Shown here piece after piece: positions 37,190-46,923 of a stretch of DNA of 64,000 nt. Source of the DNA: an uncultured Bacteroidia bacterium (lineage in GTDB: Bacteria > Bacteroidota > Bacteroidia > Bacteroidales > UBA932); assembly GCA_902779495.1 (NCBI GenBank), contig CACZBP010000003.1, forward strand, positions 1,228-65,227. Reading direction: 5' to 3'. How positions within the stretch are numbered: position 1 is the first letter of the stretch; every line of letters starts with the position of its first letter. The notes beneath the pieces are model-generated. The model ran no database searches. It was not told the DNA's origin and saw only the letters and a program-made list of their open reading frames with translations. Both the position numbers and the translations under genes were made by a program.

Positions 37190-39539
37190 AAAGCCGATAC
37201 GCGCCCTATTGTGTTTCGTCGCCGGGCTGATTCTTGTCAGCTGTACAGATAAAGAGATCGCGTACAGGAGTCAGCGCCGTTGGATAAAGCATACGGTCGC
37301 CGTGGTGGCTCCCATGGGAGAGGAAATCGGCAAAGTCCGCCTTGACCGCACTGCAAAGTGGTTTTTGGAGAATTTCCGGGAGGCTCAGCTCCATAATTCC
37401 ATAGCAATAGACCTTCAGCTCGAATGGTATGATGAATCTACCCAGAATCTGGAGGAGCTTGGCCGGGAACTGTCCACCCGGGAGGATGTGATTGCCATCA
37501 TCGGCCCTTTCGGGAACGAGGCCCTTGCGGCATTTGCACCGGCATGCCAAAGGACGCTCAAGCCTCTCATCGCTCCCACCACGACCAGTGAAGACGTCAT
37601 CAGGCGGTATGCCGTAACCACCAGCGGTCTGAAGATTAACCGTGACCCTTTTCTGTGGTCTCTGACCGAGAGCGATGTTTCCTTTACCGGTCTGATGATG
37701 AGCCGTCATGCTTCCCTGAGCAAACACTATGAGAGCATCATCGACAAACCCTATGCTGCGGTTTTCTCTCCTGATGACGCGTATGGGTTGACATTCAATT
37801 ACTGGGCGCCGTTCTTTGCGCTCCAGCAGAACATCGACCTTCAGCAGAATATTCAGTACAGAGGCACGGAGGACCTTCTTTCGAAGCTGGACACATACCG
37901 CGCGGTGATGGAAGAACAGTGGATGGCGGCGTCTGCAATATTTTGCGTTGCGAAGTCGGCGAGGCAGATTTACGAGGTCGCACGGGCCAACAGGACAGCG
38001 GTAATGAGCGATGAGCTCTGGAGCCTGCTTTACGACAACAACGACCCTGATGATCCGGAAAACGACAGACTATGGCAGCTGTTCAAATTCGCTTATCCTA
38101 CATATTTCGCCACTCCGGGACTCTATGAAGAAGATCTGGATGCCATAGGCCCGCGTGCCTGGAAAATACTTCAGGGGCATGAGGGCTTTTCCCCCTATGC
38201 AGATCCTTCCACCGGTTTCGAAATCAGCTACGAAGTCCGCTTCGGATCCCGGCCCGGGTTCGAGGAGTGCAAGTTTTACGATGCCCTCATGCTGGCGGGA
38301 TTTGCCGCATGCTATGTGGAACACTCGGAAGGCGTGGCCGACAACAGGTCCATGAACCAGGCCATCATAGATATAACCATGAATGCCGATGATACACAGT
38401 TGGGCGGAGCGGCATGGAGCACTACTTCGATGGAAGTATATCTGAAAGCTCTGGAACAGGGACAGCTGCTTCACTTTATTGGCGCATCGGGTGAAATCAA
38501 TTTCGACAGGGACACTTACACGGCAGCCACCGTCACAACATATGTCCACTGGCAGATTATGGACGGAAAAATCCTGCACCGAGGGTATTTCGGCGGTCTT
38601 GGCAGCCGCACCTCCGATGCAAATGCCTTCTGGTTGTATCTCTACAACGAGCAGCAGGCAAGGGCAGATTTCGATGCGCAGACCTCAGGCGGAAAGTCAG
38701 TGGATTATCCTGCACTTACAGACCAATATGCCGTTTTGGTGCAGGGCAGCTGCGGATTCTCCAATTATCGGCATCAAGCGGATGTGCTGAGCATTTATCA
38801 GGTGCTCCGAAGCGGCGGTTTCCCGGACGACCACATCATACTTGTGCTGGACCGCGATATGCCTTCAGATGAAAACAACCCGGAGCCGGGAATTGTCCGG
38901 AACGCCGGGGACGGGCCAGATTTACTTGGCGGCTCCGACAGTCTTCCTGCCGCCATGATCGATTATGACAGTAAGGATCTCTCTCCGGCCGACATCGCGG
39001 ATATTCTTACCGGTGCTGGCAGCAGCCGCCTCCATACCGTGCTGCCGCAGGATTCCGGAGCCAATGTTTTCCTGTTCTGGAGCGGCCATGGAAGCAGCAT
39101 GGCCCACGGTGGGGCGGATGAGTTCTGCTGGAGGGATTTCCCGTCCGGAAGCGGATTCGGAGCTGAACTGCTCAAGGAAACGGTGAGCCGCATGAAATTC
39201 CGGAAGCAGCTGCTGTGCGTGGAACCCTGTTATGGCGAGGCTGTCATCCGTTCTGTGGACGGGATTCCCGGCGTGCTTGCGATTTCCGGTGCCTCAGAAA
39301 CCGAAATGTCATGGGCCGACCATTGGAACTCCGCCTCACATTTGTGGATGTGCGACAGATTTTCATTAAACCTGGCAGAGTATCTTGCCGGCAATCCCGA
39401 ATCCACGTTTCGTGATCTTTTCCTATACTGCGCCGCACATACTCTCGGGTCGCATGCGAGAATCGTAGGTGCGGGAGGCTATGGAAATCTGAATATTGAA
39501 AGCCCCTGTGAGTTTGTCAGGTATGCTTTCGGGCGATGA
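37182..39539 (+). CDS. lipoprotein: type I periplasmic-binding (LivJ/ANF-receptor-like) domain fused to a C13 legumain-like cysteine peptidase
   Basis: Lipobox LVSC. N-part: AIIGP, DDAYG, YDA, F.GASG.I.FD. C-part: YAVLV.GS.GFSNYRHQADV...YQ.L...GFPDDHIIL, FLFWSGHG (catalytic His), VEPCYG (catalytic Cys). Confidence 0.85.
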   Translation: MSRKPIRALLCFVAGLILVSCTDKEIAYRSQRRWIKHTVAVVAPMGEEIGKVRLDRTAKWFLENFREAQLHNSIAIDLQLEWYDESTQNLEELGRELSTREDVIAIIGPFGNEALAAFAPACQRTLKPLIAPTTTSEDVIRRYAVTTSGLKINRDPFLWSLTESDVSFTGLMMSRHASLSKHYESIIDKPYAAVFSPDDAYGLTFNYWAPFFALQQNIDLQQNIQYRGTEDLLSKLDTYRAVMEEQWMAASAIFCVAKSARQIYEVARANRTAVMSDELWSLLYDNNDPDDPENDRLWQLFKFAYPTYFATPGLYEEDLDAIGPRAWKILQGHEGFSPYADPSTGFEISYEVRFGSRPGFEECKFYDALMLAGFAACYVEHSEGVADNRSMNQAIIDITMNADDTQLGGAAWSTTSMEVYLKALEQGQLLHFIGASGEINFDRDTYTAATVTTYVHWQIMDGKILHRGYFGGLGSRTSDANAFWLYLYNEQQARADFDAQTSGGKSVDYPALTDQYAVLVQGSCGFSNYRHQADVLSIYQVLRSGGFPDDHIILVLDRDMPSDENNPEPGIVRNAGDGPDLLGGSDSLPAAMIDYDSKDLSPADIADILTGAGSSRLHTVLPQDSGANVFLFWSGHGSSMAHGGADEFCWRDFPSGSGFGAELLKETVSRMKFRKQLLCVEPCYGEAVIRSVDGIPGVLAISGASETEMSWADHWNSASHLWMCDRFSLNLAEYLAGNPESTFRDLFLYCAAHTLGSHARIVGAGGYGNLNIESPCEFVRYAFGR

Positions 39540-40395
39540 CGAAGCGCGGCTTTTCCGCAAGGTCGCGCCGGATTTCCGTGCGGAAACCTGCCTCGGAAAA
39601 GACGGCGGCGGTTTCGGCGGGCAGGCTCTCGTTGATTTCCACTGCGCCAAAGCCTTCCGGGGCGAGCAGCGCCGAGCTCCAGCGGGCGACGGCACGGTAG
39701 AAAAGCAGCGGGTCATCGTCAGGGACGAAGAGCGCCAGTTCCGGCTCGAAGTCCAGCACATTGGGTCTCATCGACGCTTTTTCGCTTTCGCGGATATATG
39801 GCGGATTGGACAGGATAAGGTCGAAGGGGCCTGCAATCGCGGAAGGGATGTCCGAGAGGATATCGGCCTGCACGAATGTGGGGCGGGGCCCTTTAAACGG
39901 CTGGGAGGCAGCTACTTCCAGTGCCTCGGGGGAGATGTCCACGGCTACTGCCTCCACGCCCGGCACGGACTGAGCCAGGGTCCAGGCTATGCAGCCGGAA
40001 CCGGTGCACAGGTCGAGCACGCGCACGGGGGCGGCGCCTTTGCCATACGCTGCGCGCATCCTCTGGAGGCGGGATGCGGTGGCGACCGCCTCGCGGCAGA
40101 GAATCTCGGTCTCGGGCCGGGGAATCAGCACCGAAGGCGACACCTTGAACCGCCTGCCGCACCACTCCGTAAAGCCGAGCACATACTGAATCGGCTCGCC
40201 GGTGAGGAGCCGTCCCAGAAGGGCGTCGAAGCGCGAAGTGTCGGCCACCTCATAGGAGGGGTCGACTATCGAAGTGTAGCCCGTCGTCCCGAGCACTTCC
40301 TCGCACAGCATAAGCACGAGGCTGCGCGCCTCCGGAGCCGGATAAAGGGCTCCGAGGGCTGCGATGGAATCTCTCTGGAGGCGGGAAAGGAGCAT
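39517..40395 (-). CDS. prmC: release factor glutamine methyltransferase
   Basis: GEPIQYVLG, VLIPRPETE, LDLCTGSGCIA, SNPPYI, EPELAL. Confidence 0.95.
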   Translation of the reverse strand: MLLSRLQRDSIAALGALYPAPEARSLVLMLCEEVLGTTGYTSIVDPSYEVADTSRFDALLGRLLTGEPIQYVLGFTEWCGRRFKVSPSVLIPRPETEILCREAVATASRLQRMRAAYGKGAAPVRVLDLCTGSGCIAWTLAQSVPGVEAVAVDISPEALEVAASQPFKGPRPTFVQADILSDIPSAIAGPFDLILSNPPYIRESEKASMRPNVLDFEPELALFVPDDDPLLFYRAVARWSSALLAPEGFGAVEINESLPAETAAVFSEAGFRTEIRRDLAEKPRFVIARKHT

Positions 40396-41405
40396 CAGGA
40401 ATTCTCAATGACCGTGGTCAGGAAGTCGGTCATATCAATCCCTGCGGTGCGGACCATCCTGGGCACGAGCGAGGCGCTGGTCATTCCCGGTATAGTGTTG
40501 ACTTCCAGGAAGTAAAGGCCGTCTTCGGCGAGGATGTAGTCCACCCTCACGACGCCTTTGCAGCCGAGGTGGGAATAGACCTTGGCCGTTGTCTGCTGGA
40601 CAAGGGCAGCCACGTCCTCCGGCACGGGGGCGGGGCAGATTTCCTTGCTGTGGCCGTTGTATTTGGCGTCGTAGTCGAAATATTCGTTTTCGGAGACTAT
40701 CTCGATAAGGGGCAGGGTCTTGACCGAGCCGCCGTCAATGAAGGCGGCGCAGGTGAGTTCGCGGCCGGATATGCCTTTCTCGATGATGACGGTGTCGCCT
40801 TCCGTGAAGGCGTAATTGATGGCGTCCGCAAGGCCGGAGGGCTCATTGACCTTGGTGATGCCGAAGCTGGAGCCGCCGTCGGTGGGCTTGACGAACACGG
40901 GGAATTCGAGGCTGAAGTCCTTGCAGAAGGCTTCCACGTCGGCTCCCTTGCGGATGAAGGTGTCGGGGGCCAGCTTCACAAAGGGGACTCCGCGAAGGTA
41001 GCTCTTGCAGGCATATTTGTCGAATACCATTGCGGACACGAAGGCGGAGCAGCTGCTGAAGGGGATGCCTAGCATCTCCAGATAGCCTTGCAGGAGACCG
41101 TTTTCGCCGGGCTTTCCGTGCTGCATCACATAGACGAAGTCGAGCTTGATTTTCTCGCCGTAGACGCTCACCGAGAAGTCGTTGCGGTCGACCCTGGGGC
41201 GGGCGCCCTCGGGGAAAGTCACGCGCATCGAGTCCTTCTTGCGGAAGGCGACGAGCTCCCACTTGCCGAAGCGGGCGAAGATCTCATATATGCTGTAGCG
41301 GGTGTCGTCTATTCTGGAGGCAGTGAATTCTCCGCTCCTGCAGGACACTTCCCATTCGGAAGAATCGCTTCCGTAGATTACGGCTATGTTGCTGTACTTT
41401 GCCAT
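40395..41405 (-). CDS. ddl: D-alanine--D-alanine ligase
   Basis: G.DSSE.EVS..SG, HGKPGENG.LQG, FVKP..GGSSFG, GRELTC, YDAKY, LEVNTIPGMT..SLVP. Confidence 0.95.
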   Translation of the reverse strand: MAKYSNIAVIYGSDSSEWEVSCRSGEFTASRIDDTRYSIYEIFARFGKWELVAFRKKDSMRVTFPEGARPRVDRNDFSVSVYGEKIKLDFVYVMQHGKPGENGLLQGYLEMLGIPFSSCSAFVSAMVFDKYACKSYLRGVPFVKLAPDTFIRKGADVEAFCKDFSLEFPVFVKPTDGGSSFGITKVNEPSGLADAINYAFTEGDTVIIEKGISGRELTCAAFIDGGSVKTLPLIEIVSENEYFDYDAKYNGHSKEICPAPVPEDVAALVQQTTAKVYSHLGCKGVVRVDYILAEDGLYFLEVNTIPGMTSASLVPRMVRTAGIDMTDFLTTVIENS

Positions 41406-41410
41406 ATGCT

Positions 41411-43759
41411 TTACTCGAAATAATAGTCATTTGGATCGTCCCCGCCGCTGCTGGTGTCTTCCGAGCCGCCGCTGCAGTCAAGGCGCACGCCCACGCCTGC
41501 AGGTTCGGCGAAACGGTCCTCGGCCGAGATTCCGAGGGTGCCGTCGGCGAGCACTTTCTTCATAAATATTCCCCAGATGGGCAGGGCCATATTGGAGCCG
41601 CCGCCAAGCGCGAGGGACTGGAAGTGGACCTGGCGGTCCTCGCCTCCTGCCCATATGCCCGCCGTGATGGTGGGGGTGTAGCCTATGAACCAGCCGTCGG
41701 AGTTGTCGTTGGTGGTTCCGGTCTTGCCGGCTATCTGGCCGGTGAGCCTATAGACCGAGCGGAGCCTGGAGCCGGTGCCCTGGTTCACTACGCCCTGCAT
41801 CAGGTTGGCCATCAGGTAGGCTGTCTGCTCGCTGATGGCTTCGCGCTTGCGGTTGGTGAATTCGCCCAGGATGTTGCCCTGGCTGTCTTCGATGCGGGTC
41901 ACGAATATCGGGGAGACATAGACGCCCTTGGAAGGGTAGGTGTTATAGGCTGCAACCATCTCATACAGAGACAGATCCGCGGGGCCTACGCACAGCGAGG
42001 GAACCTCGTCGATGTGGCTTCCTATGCCCATCTTCCGCATCATCCTGGCCATCGCCTGGGGGCCGAACTGCTTCATCAGGTAGGCGGAGATGTTGTTGGA
42101 GGAGTGGGTCAGGCCCCATTTCAGGGTGACGGTCATTCCTATCCATTCGTCCTTGTCCGTGCTTCGGGGAGTCCAGGTGTTGTCGCCAATTATGAAGGTC
42201 TGGGGGATGCACACCGTCTCGTCGCAGGGGCTCATACCTTCCTGCATCGCGAGGGTGTAGAGGAAGGGCTTGATGGTGGAGCCCACCTGGCGCTTGCCCT
42301 GGGTGACGTTGTCATACTTGAAATAGCGGTAGTTGGGGCCGCCGACATAGGCCTTTACGTGGCCGGTGGAGGGCTCCATCGCCACGAACGATGCGCGGAT
42401 GAAGGACTTCATATAGCGGATGGAGTCGTCCGGGGTCATCGTGGTGTCGCGGTAGCCGGGCTTGTCCCAGGTGAAGACTCGCATCTTCACCGGCTTTGAG
42501 AAGCTCGCAACGATCTCTTCTTCAGGCACTCCCGCCTTCTTCATCACGCGCCAGCGGTCGCTCCAGCGGCGGCCCTGCCTCATCAGCAGCTCCGTCGTGG
42601 CGTTGTCCACATCGTTGGCGAAGGGGGCGTTGCGCTTGTATTTGAGGTCTCCCCAGAAACTCTTCTGCAGCGAAGGAAGGTGCTCAGAGACAGCCTCTTC
42701 GGCATATTTCTGCATCTTGTAGTTGATGGTCGTGTAGATGCGGAGGCCTTCGCGGTCGAGGTCATACTTGCTGCCGTCGGGCTTGGTGTTCTTGTTGAGC
42801 CAGCCATAGAGCTGGTCGTTCTGCCACAGGAGGGAATCCACCGTGTAGTCCTCCGGGATGCTGTAGGAGGATTTCTTGGGCTTGGTGGCATTCATATAGC
42901 GCCGGAGCATATCCCTGAAATACGGGGCGCGGCCGGAGTTGTGGTCCTGGACCTGGTAGGAAAGGGATATGGGAATGGCCTTCACCGAGTCGGCCACCTG
43001 CTTGGAGATGAACTTCTCCTCGGCCATACGGCTGATTACCAGGTTCCTGCGCTGGAGGGCGAGGTCCGGATGGAGGGCGGGGTTGTAGCGGGTGGGCTTG
43101 TTGACCATACCCACCAGCACGGCGCTCTCTTCTATATTAAGGTCTATCGGGTCTTTGGCGAAGAAGGTCTGGGAAGCGGCCTTGATGCCATATGCGCTGC
43201 TGCCGAAGAAGACGGCGTTCAGGTACATATCCACTATCTCTTCCTTGGTGTAGTCCCTTTCGAGCTTGACGGCGGTGATCCACTCCTTGAACTTGATCCA
43301 GACCATCTTTATCTTCGACACGCCGGGAATCCTGCTGCTTATGTCGGCCCTGGGATAGAGCGTCTTGGCGAGCTGCTGGGTGAGGGTGCTGCCGCCGCCC
43401 TGGGAGGAGTCGCCCCGCAGGAGGGTGCGGTAGGCCACGCGGCCCAGGGACCAGAAGTCGATGCCGGAGTGGTTGTAGAAGCGCTTGTCTTCGGTGGCTA
43501 TGGCGGCCTGGACCACATAGGGCGAGAGCTCGTCGTAGCTGACGTAGGAGCGGTTTTCGATGTGGAAGGTCGTCAGGATCTCCCCGTCTTCGGCTATTAC
43601 CTGGGTGGCGAGCTTGCTTTCAGGGTTTTCCAGTTCGGCGAATGAGGGGATGTCGGCGAAGGCCCAGACCGTAAGGAGCAGCAGTATGAACGCCGCTATG
43701 GGGGCCAGGACAACTATCCAGAACCATTTTATGATTTTCTTTTTCGTCTTGTCGGTCAT
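41411..43759 (-). CDS. class A penicillin-binding protein (PBP1A-like transglycosylase/transpeptidase)
   Basis: EDKRFY.H.G, GGSTLTQQLAK, GSTIKP (SxxK), SNN, GKTGTT; start 43759 or 43789. Confidence 0.93.
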   Translation of the reverse strand: MTDKTKKKIIKWFWIVVLAPIAAFILLLLTVWAFADIPSFAELENPESKLATQVIAEDGEILTTFHIENRSYVSYDELSPYVVQAAIATEDKRFYNHSGIDFWSLGRVAYRTLLRGDSSQGGGSTLTQQLAKTLYPRADISSRIPGVSKIKMVWIKFKEWITAVKLERDYTKEEIVDMYLNAVFFGSSAYGIKAASQTFFAKDPIDLNIEESAVLVGMVNKPTRYNPALHPDLALQRRNLVISRMAEEKFISKQVADSVKAIPISLSYQVQDHNSGRAPYFRDMLRRYMNATKPKKSSYSIPEDYTVDSLLWQNDQLYGWLNKNTKPDGSKYDLDREGLRIYTTINYKMQKYAEEAVSEHLPSLQKSFWGDLKYKRNAPFANDVDNATTELLMRQGRRWSDRWRVMKKAGVPEEEIVASFSKPVKMRVFTWDKPGYRDTTMTPDDSIRYMKSFIRASFVAMEPSTGHVKAYVGGPNYRYFKYDNVTQGKRQVGSTIKPFLYTLAMQEGMSPCDETVCIPQTFIIGDNTWTPRSTDKDEWIGMTVTLKWGLTHSSNNISAYLMKQFGPQAMARMMRKMGIGSHIDEVPSLCVGPADLSLYEMVAAYNTYPSKGVYVSPIFVTRIEDSQGNILGEFTNRKREAISEQTAYLMANLMQGVVNQGTGSRLRSVYRLTGQIAGKTGTTNDNSDGWFIGYTPTITAGIWAGGEDRQVHFQSLALGGGSNMALPIWGIFMKKVLADGTLGISAEDRFAEPAGVGVRLDCSGGSEDTSSGGDDPNDYYFE

Positions 43760-43893
43760 ACGAGAAATTTTATGAAAATAAATTTTCATCCTTTTTAGGG
43801 ATTACAAAAATAGCGATAAAATTTTGAAAAATCCCCTAAAACTGCTTTACTTTGCAATCCGGAACCCCAAAAAGTGGATGGTTCGGATTATTT

Positions 43894-46197
43894 ATGGCAG
43901 ATTTGGTAATAGTGGAGTCCCCGGCAAAGGCCGGAACAATTCAGAAGTTTCTTGGAAAAGACTATATAGTTAAGCCCAGTTTCGGGCACATCCGTGACCT
44001 TCAGGAGAAGAAGCTCAGCGTGGACATAGACCACGGCTTCACCCCGGAATATGTCATCCCCTCCGACAAGAAGAAGGTCGTGGCCGACCTGAAAAAGCTG
44101 GCGGCATCCTCCGGCAAGGTCTGGCTCGCATCCGATGAGGACCGCGAGGGAGAAGCCATATCGTGGCACTTGTGCGAGACTCTCGGACTCAAGCCCGAGA
44201 ACACCAAAAGGATTGTCTTCCACGAGATTACCAAGAACGCTATCCTTTCCGCGATAGAGAATCCCAGGTCCCTGGACATGAACCTCGTGAATGCCCAGCA
44301 GGCCCGCCGCGTGCTGGACCGTCTGGTGGGATTCGAGCTTTCCCCGGTGCTGTGGCGAAAGATCCAGCCCAAACTCTCGGCCGGCCGCGTGCAGAGCGTC
44401 GCTCTGAGGCTGGTGGTGGACCGCGAGAAGGAAATTCTCGCCGCCTCGAAAGAGGCCTTCTACCGCATCGAGACCGTCTTCCATCCCGAAGGCACCGCCT
44501 CTTCCGTGAAGGTGAAGGCAATCCTCGAGGACCGCTTCAAGACCCAGGAGGAAGCCCGCCGATTCCTCGAAGACTCCATCGGAGCCACGTACAGGATATC
44601 CTCGGTGGACAAGAAAGAAGGCTCAAGGGTCCCCGCCGCGCCTTTCACCACCTCCACGCTTCAGCAGGAGGCGGCCCGTAAGCTCCACTTCCCGGTGAGC
44701 ACGACGATGAGGATTGCCCAGTCCCTGTATGAAAGGGGTCTTATAACCTATATGCGTACCGACTCGGTGAATCTCTCCGGCCTTGCCATCAACACCGCCA
44801 AGGAGTTCATCCTGGATAACTTCGGCCCCGAGTATTCCCGCCCCAGGCAGTACCACACTTCCAGCAAGGGCGCCCAGGAAGCCCACGAGGCCATCCGTCC
44901 TACCTATATATCAAACACTTCCATCGAAGGCACCGCCCAGGAGAAGAAGCTCTATGCCCTCATCTGGAAGCGCACCGTCGCCTGCCAGATGTCCGACGCA
45001 AGGATACTCCGCACCGATATCCGCGTGAGCTCCGACCGCAGGAGCGAGAAGTTCTTCATCCAGGCCCAGCAGGTCCTCTTCGACGGTTTCCTCAAGCTCT
45101 ATATGGAGAGCACCGACGAGCCCATCCAGGACGAGGAGATAATCCTCCCCGACCTCGCCGAAGGATGCGTGATGGAGCAGGGCAGCATAGACGCCCTGTG
45201 CAAGTTCACCCCGCTTCCGCCGCGCTATTCCGAAGCCACCCTCGTCAAGAAGCTCGAGGAGCTCGGAATCGGCCGTCCTTCCACATATGCCCCCACCATC
45301 TCGACCCTCACGACCGGCAGGGGCTACATCACCAAAGGCGACAAGGAAGGCGAGAAATTCACTGTGACCAACCTCACCCTCAAGGGCTCTTCCATCACCT
45401 CTTCCCAGGCCGTCGAGACTGTCGGCGCCGAGAAGGGCAAGCTGCTCCCGCAGGAAGTGGGAATGATAGTAACCGACTATCTGACAGAGAATTTCGGTGA
45501 AGTTATGGATTATGATTTCACCGCCAATGTGGAGAAAGACTTCGACGAAATCGCAGAAGGCAAGGAGCAGTGGAACTCCGTCATATCATCCTTCTACACC
45601 CCCTTCCACAAGAAGGTGGACGAACTGATGAGCGACCGTTCCTTCAGCCACGTCTCCCGCGAAGTCGGTGTCGACCCTTCCGACGGACAGGTCATAGTTG
45701 CCCGCTACGGGCAGTGGGGCCCCTATGTCCAGAAGGGCGAAGGCGACCTGCGTCAGTTCGCCAATCTCGCCCCCGGCCAGCTCATCGAGAGCCTCACCCT
45801 TGAGGAGGCCCTCAGGCTCTTCGAACTTCCCCGCACCGTGGGCAGCCTGGGCGGCATCCCCGTGGTGGCGATGAAAGGCCGTTTCGGTCCCTATCTGAAA
45901 TATGGCGACAAGAACGTTTCGATTCCGAAGGGCAAGGATCCTCTGACCATCACCCTGGAAGAATGCCGCGCACTGCTTTCCGACAGTGCCGGAAGCGGCC
46001 TCATCAAGGAGTTCGCCGGTTCCGGAATACAGGTCCTCAACGGCCGCTACGGCCCATATATCAAGTTTGACGGGAAGAATTTCCGCCTTTCCCGCGGAAT
46101 CAATCCCGAGACCCTGACCGAGGAGAAATGCAGGGAGATTATCTCCGCTCCCGCGTCTGCAAAAAAGACCTCTTACAAAGCTCGGTTTAAAAAATGA
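43894..46197 (+). CDS. topA: DNA topoisomerase I
   Basis: LVIVESPAKA, ASDEDREGEAI, SAGRVQS, ITYMRTDS, AQEAHEAIRPT, GIGRPSTYA; C-terminal GRFGPY repeats. Confidence 0.97.
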   Translation: MADLVIVESPAKAGTIQKFLGKDYIVKPSFGHIRDLQEKKLSVDIDHGFTPEYVIPSDKKKVVADLKKLAASSGKVWLASDEDREGEAISWHLCETLGLKPENTKRIVFHEITKNAILSAIENPRSLDMNLVNAQQARRVLDRLVGFELSPVLWRKIQPKLSAGRVQSVALRLVVDREKEILAASKEAFYRIETVFHPEGTASSVKVKAILEDRFKTQEEARRFLEDSIGATYRISSVDKKEGSRVPAAPFTTSTLQQEAARKLHFPVSTTMRIAQSLYERGLITYMRTDSVNLSGLAINTAKEFILDNFGPEYSRPRQYHTSSKGAQEAHEAIRPTYISNTSIEGTAQEKKLYALIWKRTVACQMSDARILRTDIRVSSDRRSEKFFIQAQQVLFDGFLKLYMESTDEPIQDEEIILPDLAEGCVMEQGSIDALCKFTPLPPRYSEATLVKKLEELGIGRPSTYAPTISTLTTGRGYITKGDKEGEKFTVTNLTLKGSSITSSQAVETVGAEKGKLLPQEVGMIVTDYLTENFGEVMDYDFTANVEKDFDEIAEGKEQWNSVISSFYTPFHKKVDELMSDRSFSHVSREVGVDPSDGQVIVARYGQWGPYVQKGEGDLRQFANLAPGQLIESLTLEEALRLFELPRTVGSLGGIPVVAMKGRFGPYLKYGDKNVSIPKGKDPLTITLEECRALLSDSAGSGLIKEFAGSGIQVLNGRYGPYIKFDGKNFRLSRGINPETLTEEKCREIISAPASAKKTSYKARFKK

Positions 46198-46280
46198 AAG
46201 TATTTTTTGTTCGGTAAATCACCAAGTTTGCGATTTTTTGATTAGATTTGCACAAGTTTAATTACAAATTGAAATCAACT

Positions 46281-46775
46281 ATGGCAAACTACCACATAGA
46301 TTCGACCGATCAGAAGATCCTTTCCTTCCTCGTGAAGAACGCCCGTATGCCCTTCCTTGAGATCGCAAGGGAGTGTGGCGTGTCCGGTGCCGCAATCCAT
46401 CAGAGGGTGAAGCGTCTGGAGTCAGCCGGCGTGATCACCGGCTCCCGCCTCCTGGTGAAGCCCCAGGCCCTGGGCCTGAACGTCTGCGCCTTCGTGAGCA
46501 TCTCCCTCGCTGAGGCCGACAAGTATCTTGAAGTGGTAGCCTCCCTGAAGAAGATTCCCGAGATTGTGGAATGCCACTTCGTCACCGGCAAGTATGCCCT
46601 TCTGGTGAAAATCTACTGCCTGAATAACGACCACCTTATGGAAGTGCTCCTCCGCACCATCCAGAAGATCCCCTACATCCAGGCCACCGACACGATGATT
46701 TCCCTGGACGAGGCCATCGACCGCCAGGTCTGGGTCAAGGACTACAAGAGCACAAGTTTCTCAAAGAACGAATAG
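46281..46775 (+). CDS. Lrp/AsnC-family transcriptional regulator
   Basis: ID.TD.KIL..L..NAR.PF.EIA...GVS..A...RV.RLE..GVI; IPEIVECHFVTG.Y. Confidence 0.93.
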   Translation: MANYHIDSTDQKILSFLVKNARMPFLEIARECGVSGAAIHQRVKRLESAGVITGSRLLVKPQALGLNVCAFVSISLAEADKYLEVVASLKKIPEIVECHFVTGKYALLVKIYCLNNDHLMEVLLRTIQKIPYIQATDTMISLDEAIDRQVWVKDYKSTSFSKNE

Positions 46776-46818
46776 GGAGAACCGCCTTTTTGTGAAGGTT
46801 TTTCTCCTTTCAAGACCT

Positions 46819-46858
46819 CTAAAATCGCCATTTCAGGTGCCTGGGATGGCGATTTTAG
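46819..46858. terminator. hairpin, probable terminator
   Basis: CTAAAATCGCCAT / ATGGCGATTTTAG inverted repeat. Confidence 0.55.
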
Positions 46859-46923
46859 CAATTAGTCGTTTACGGATTTTTTAAACGGATAATTTATTCG
46901 TCACTTTGCAAAAACTTTTGGCT

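Larger units (their letters stand above)
35197..39539. mobile_element. horizontally acquired island (no integrase seen)
   Basis: Lower GC, different codon usage and abundant CATG compared with the flanks; inserted between envC and prmC; last gene overlaps the prmC 3' end by 23 bp. Confidence 0.65.
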
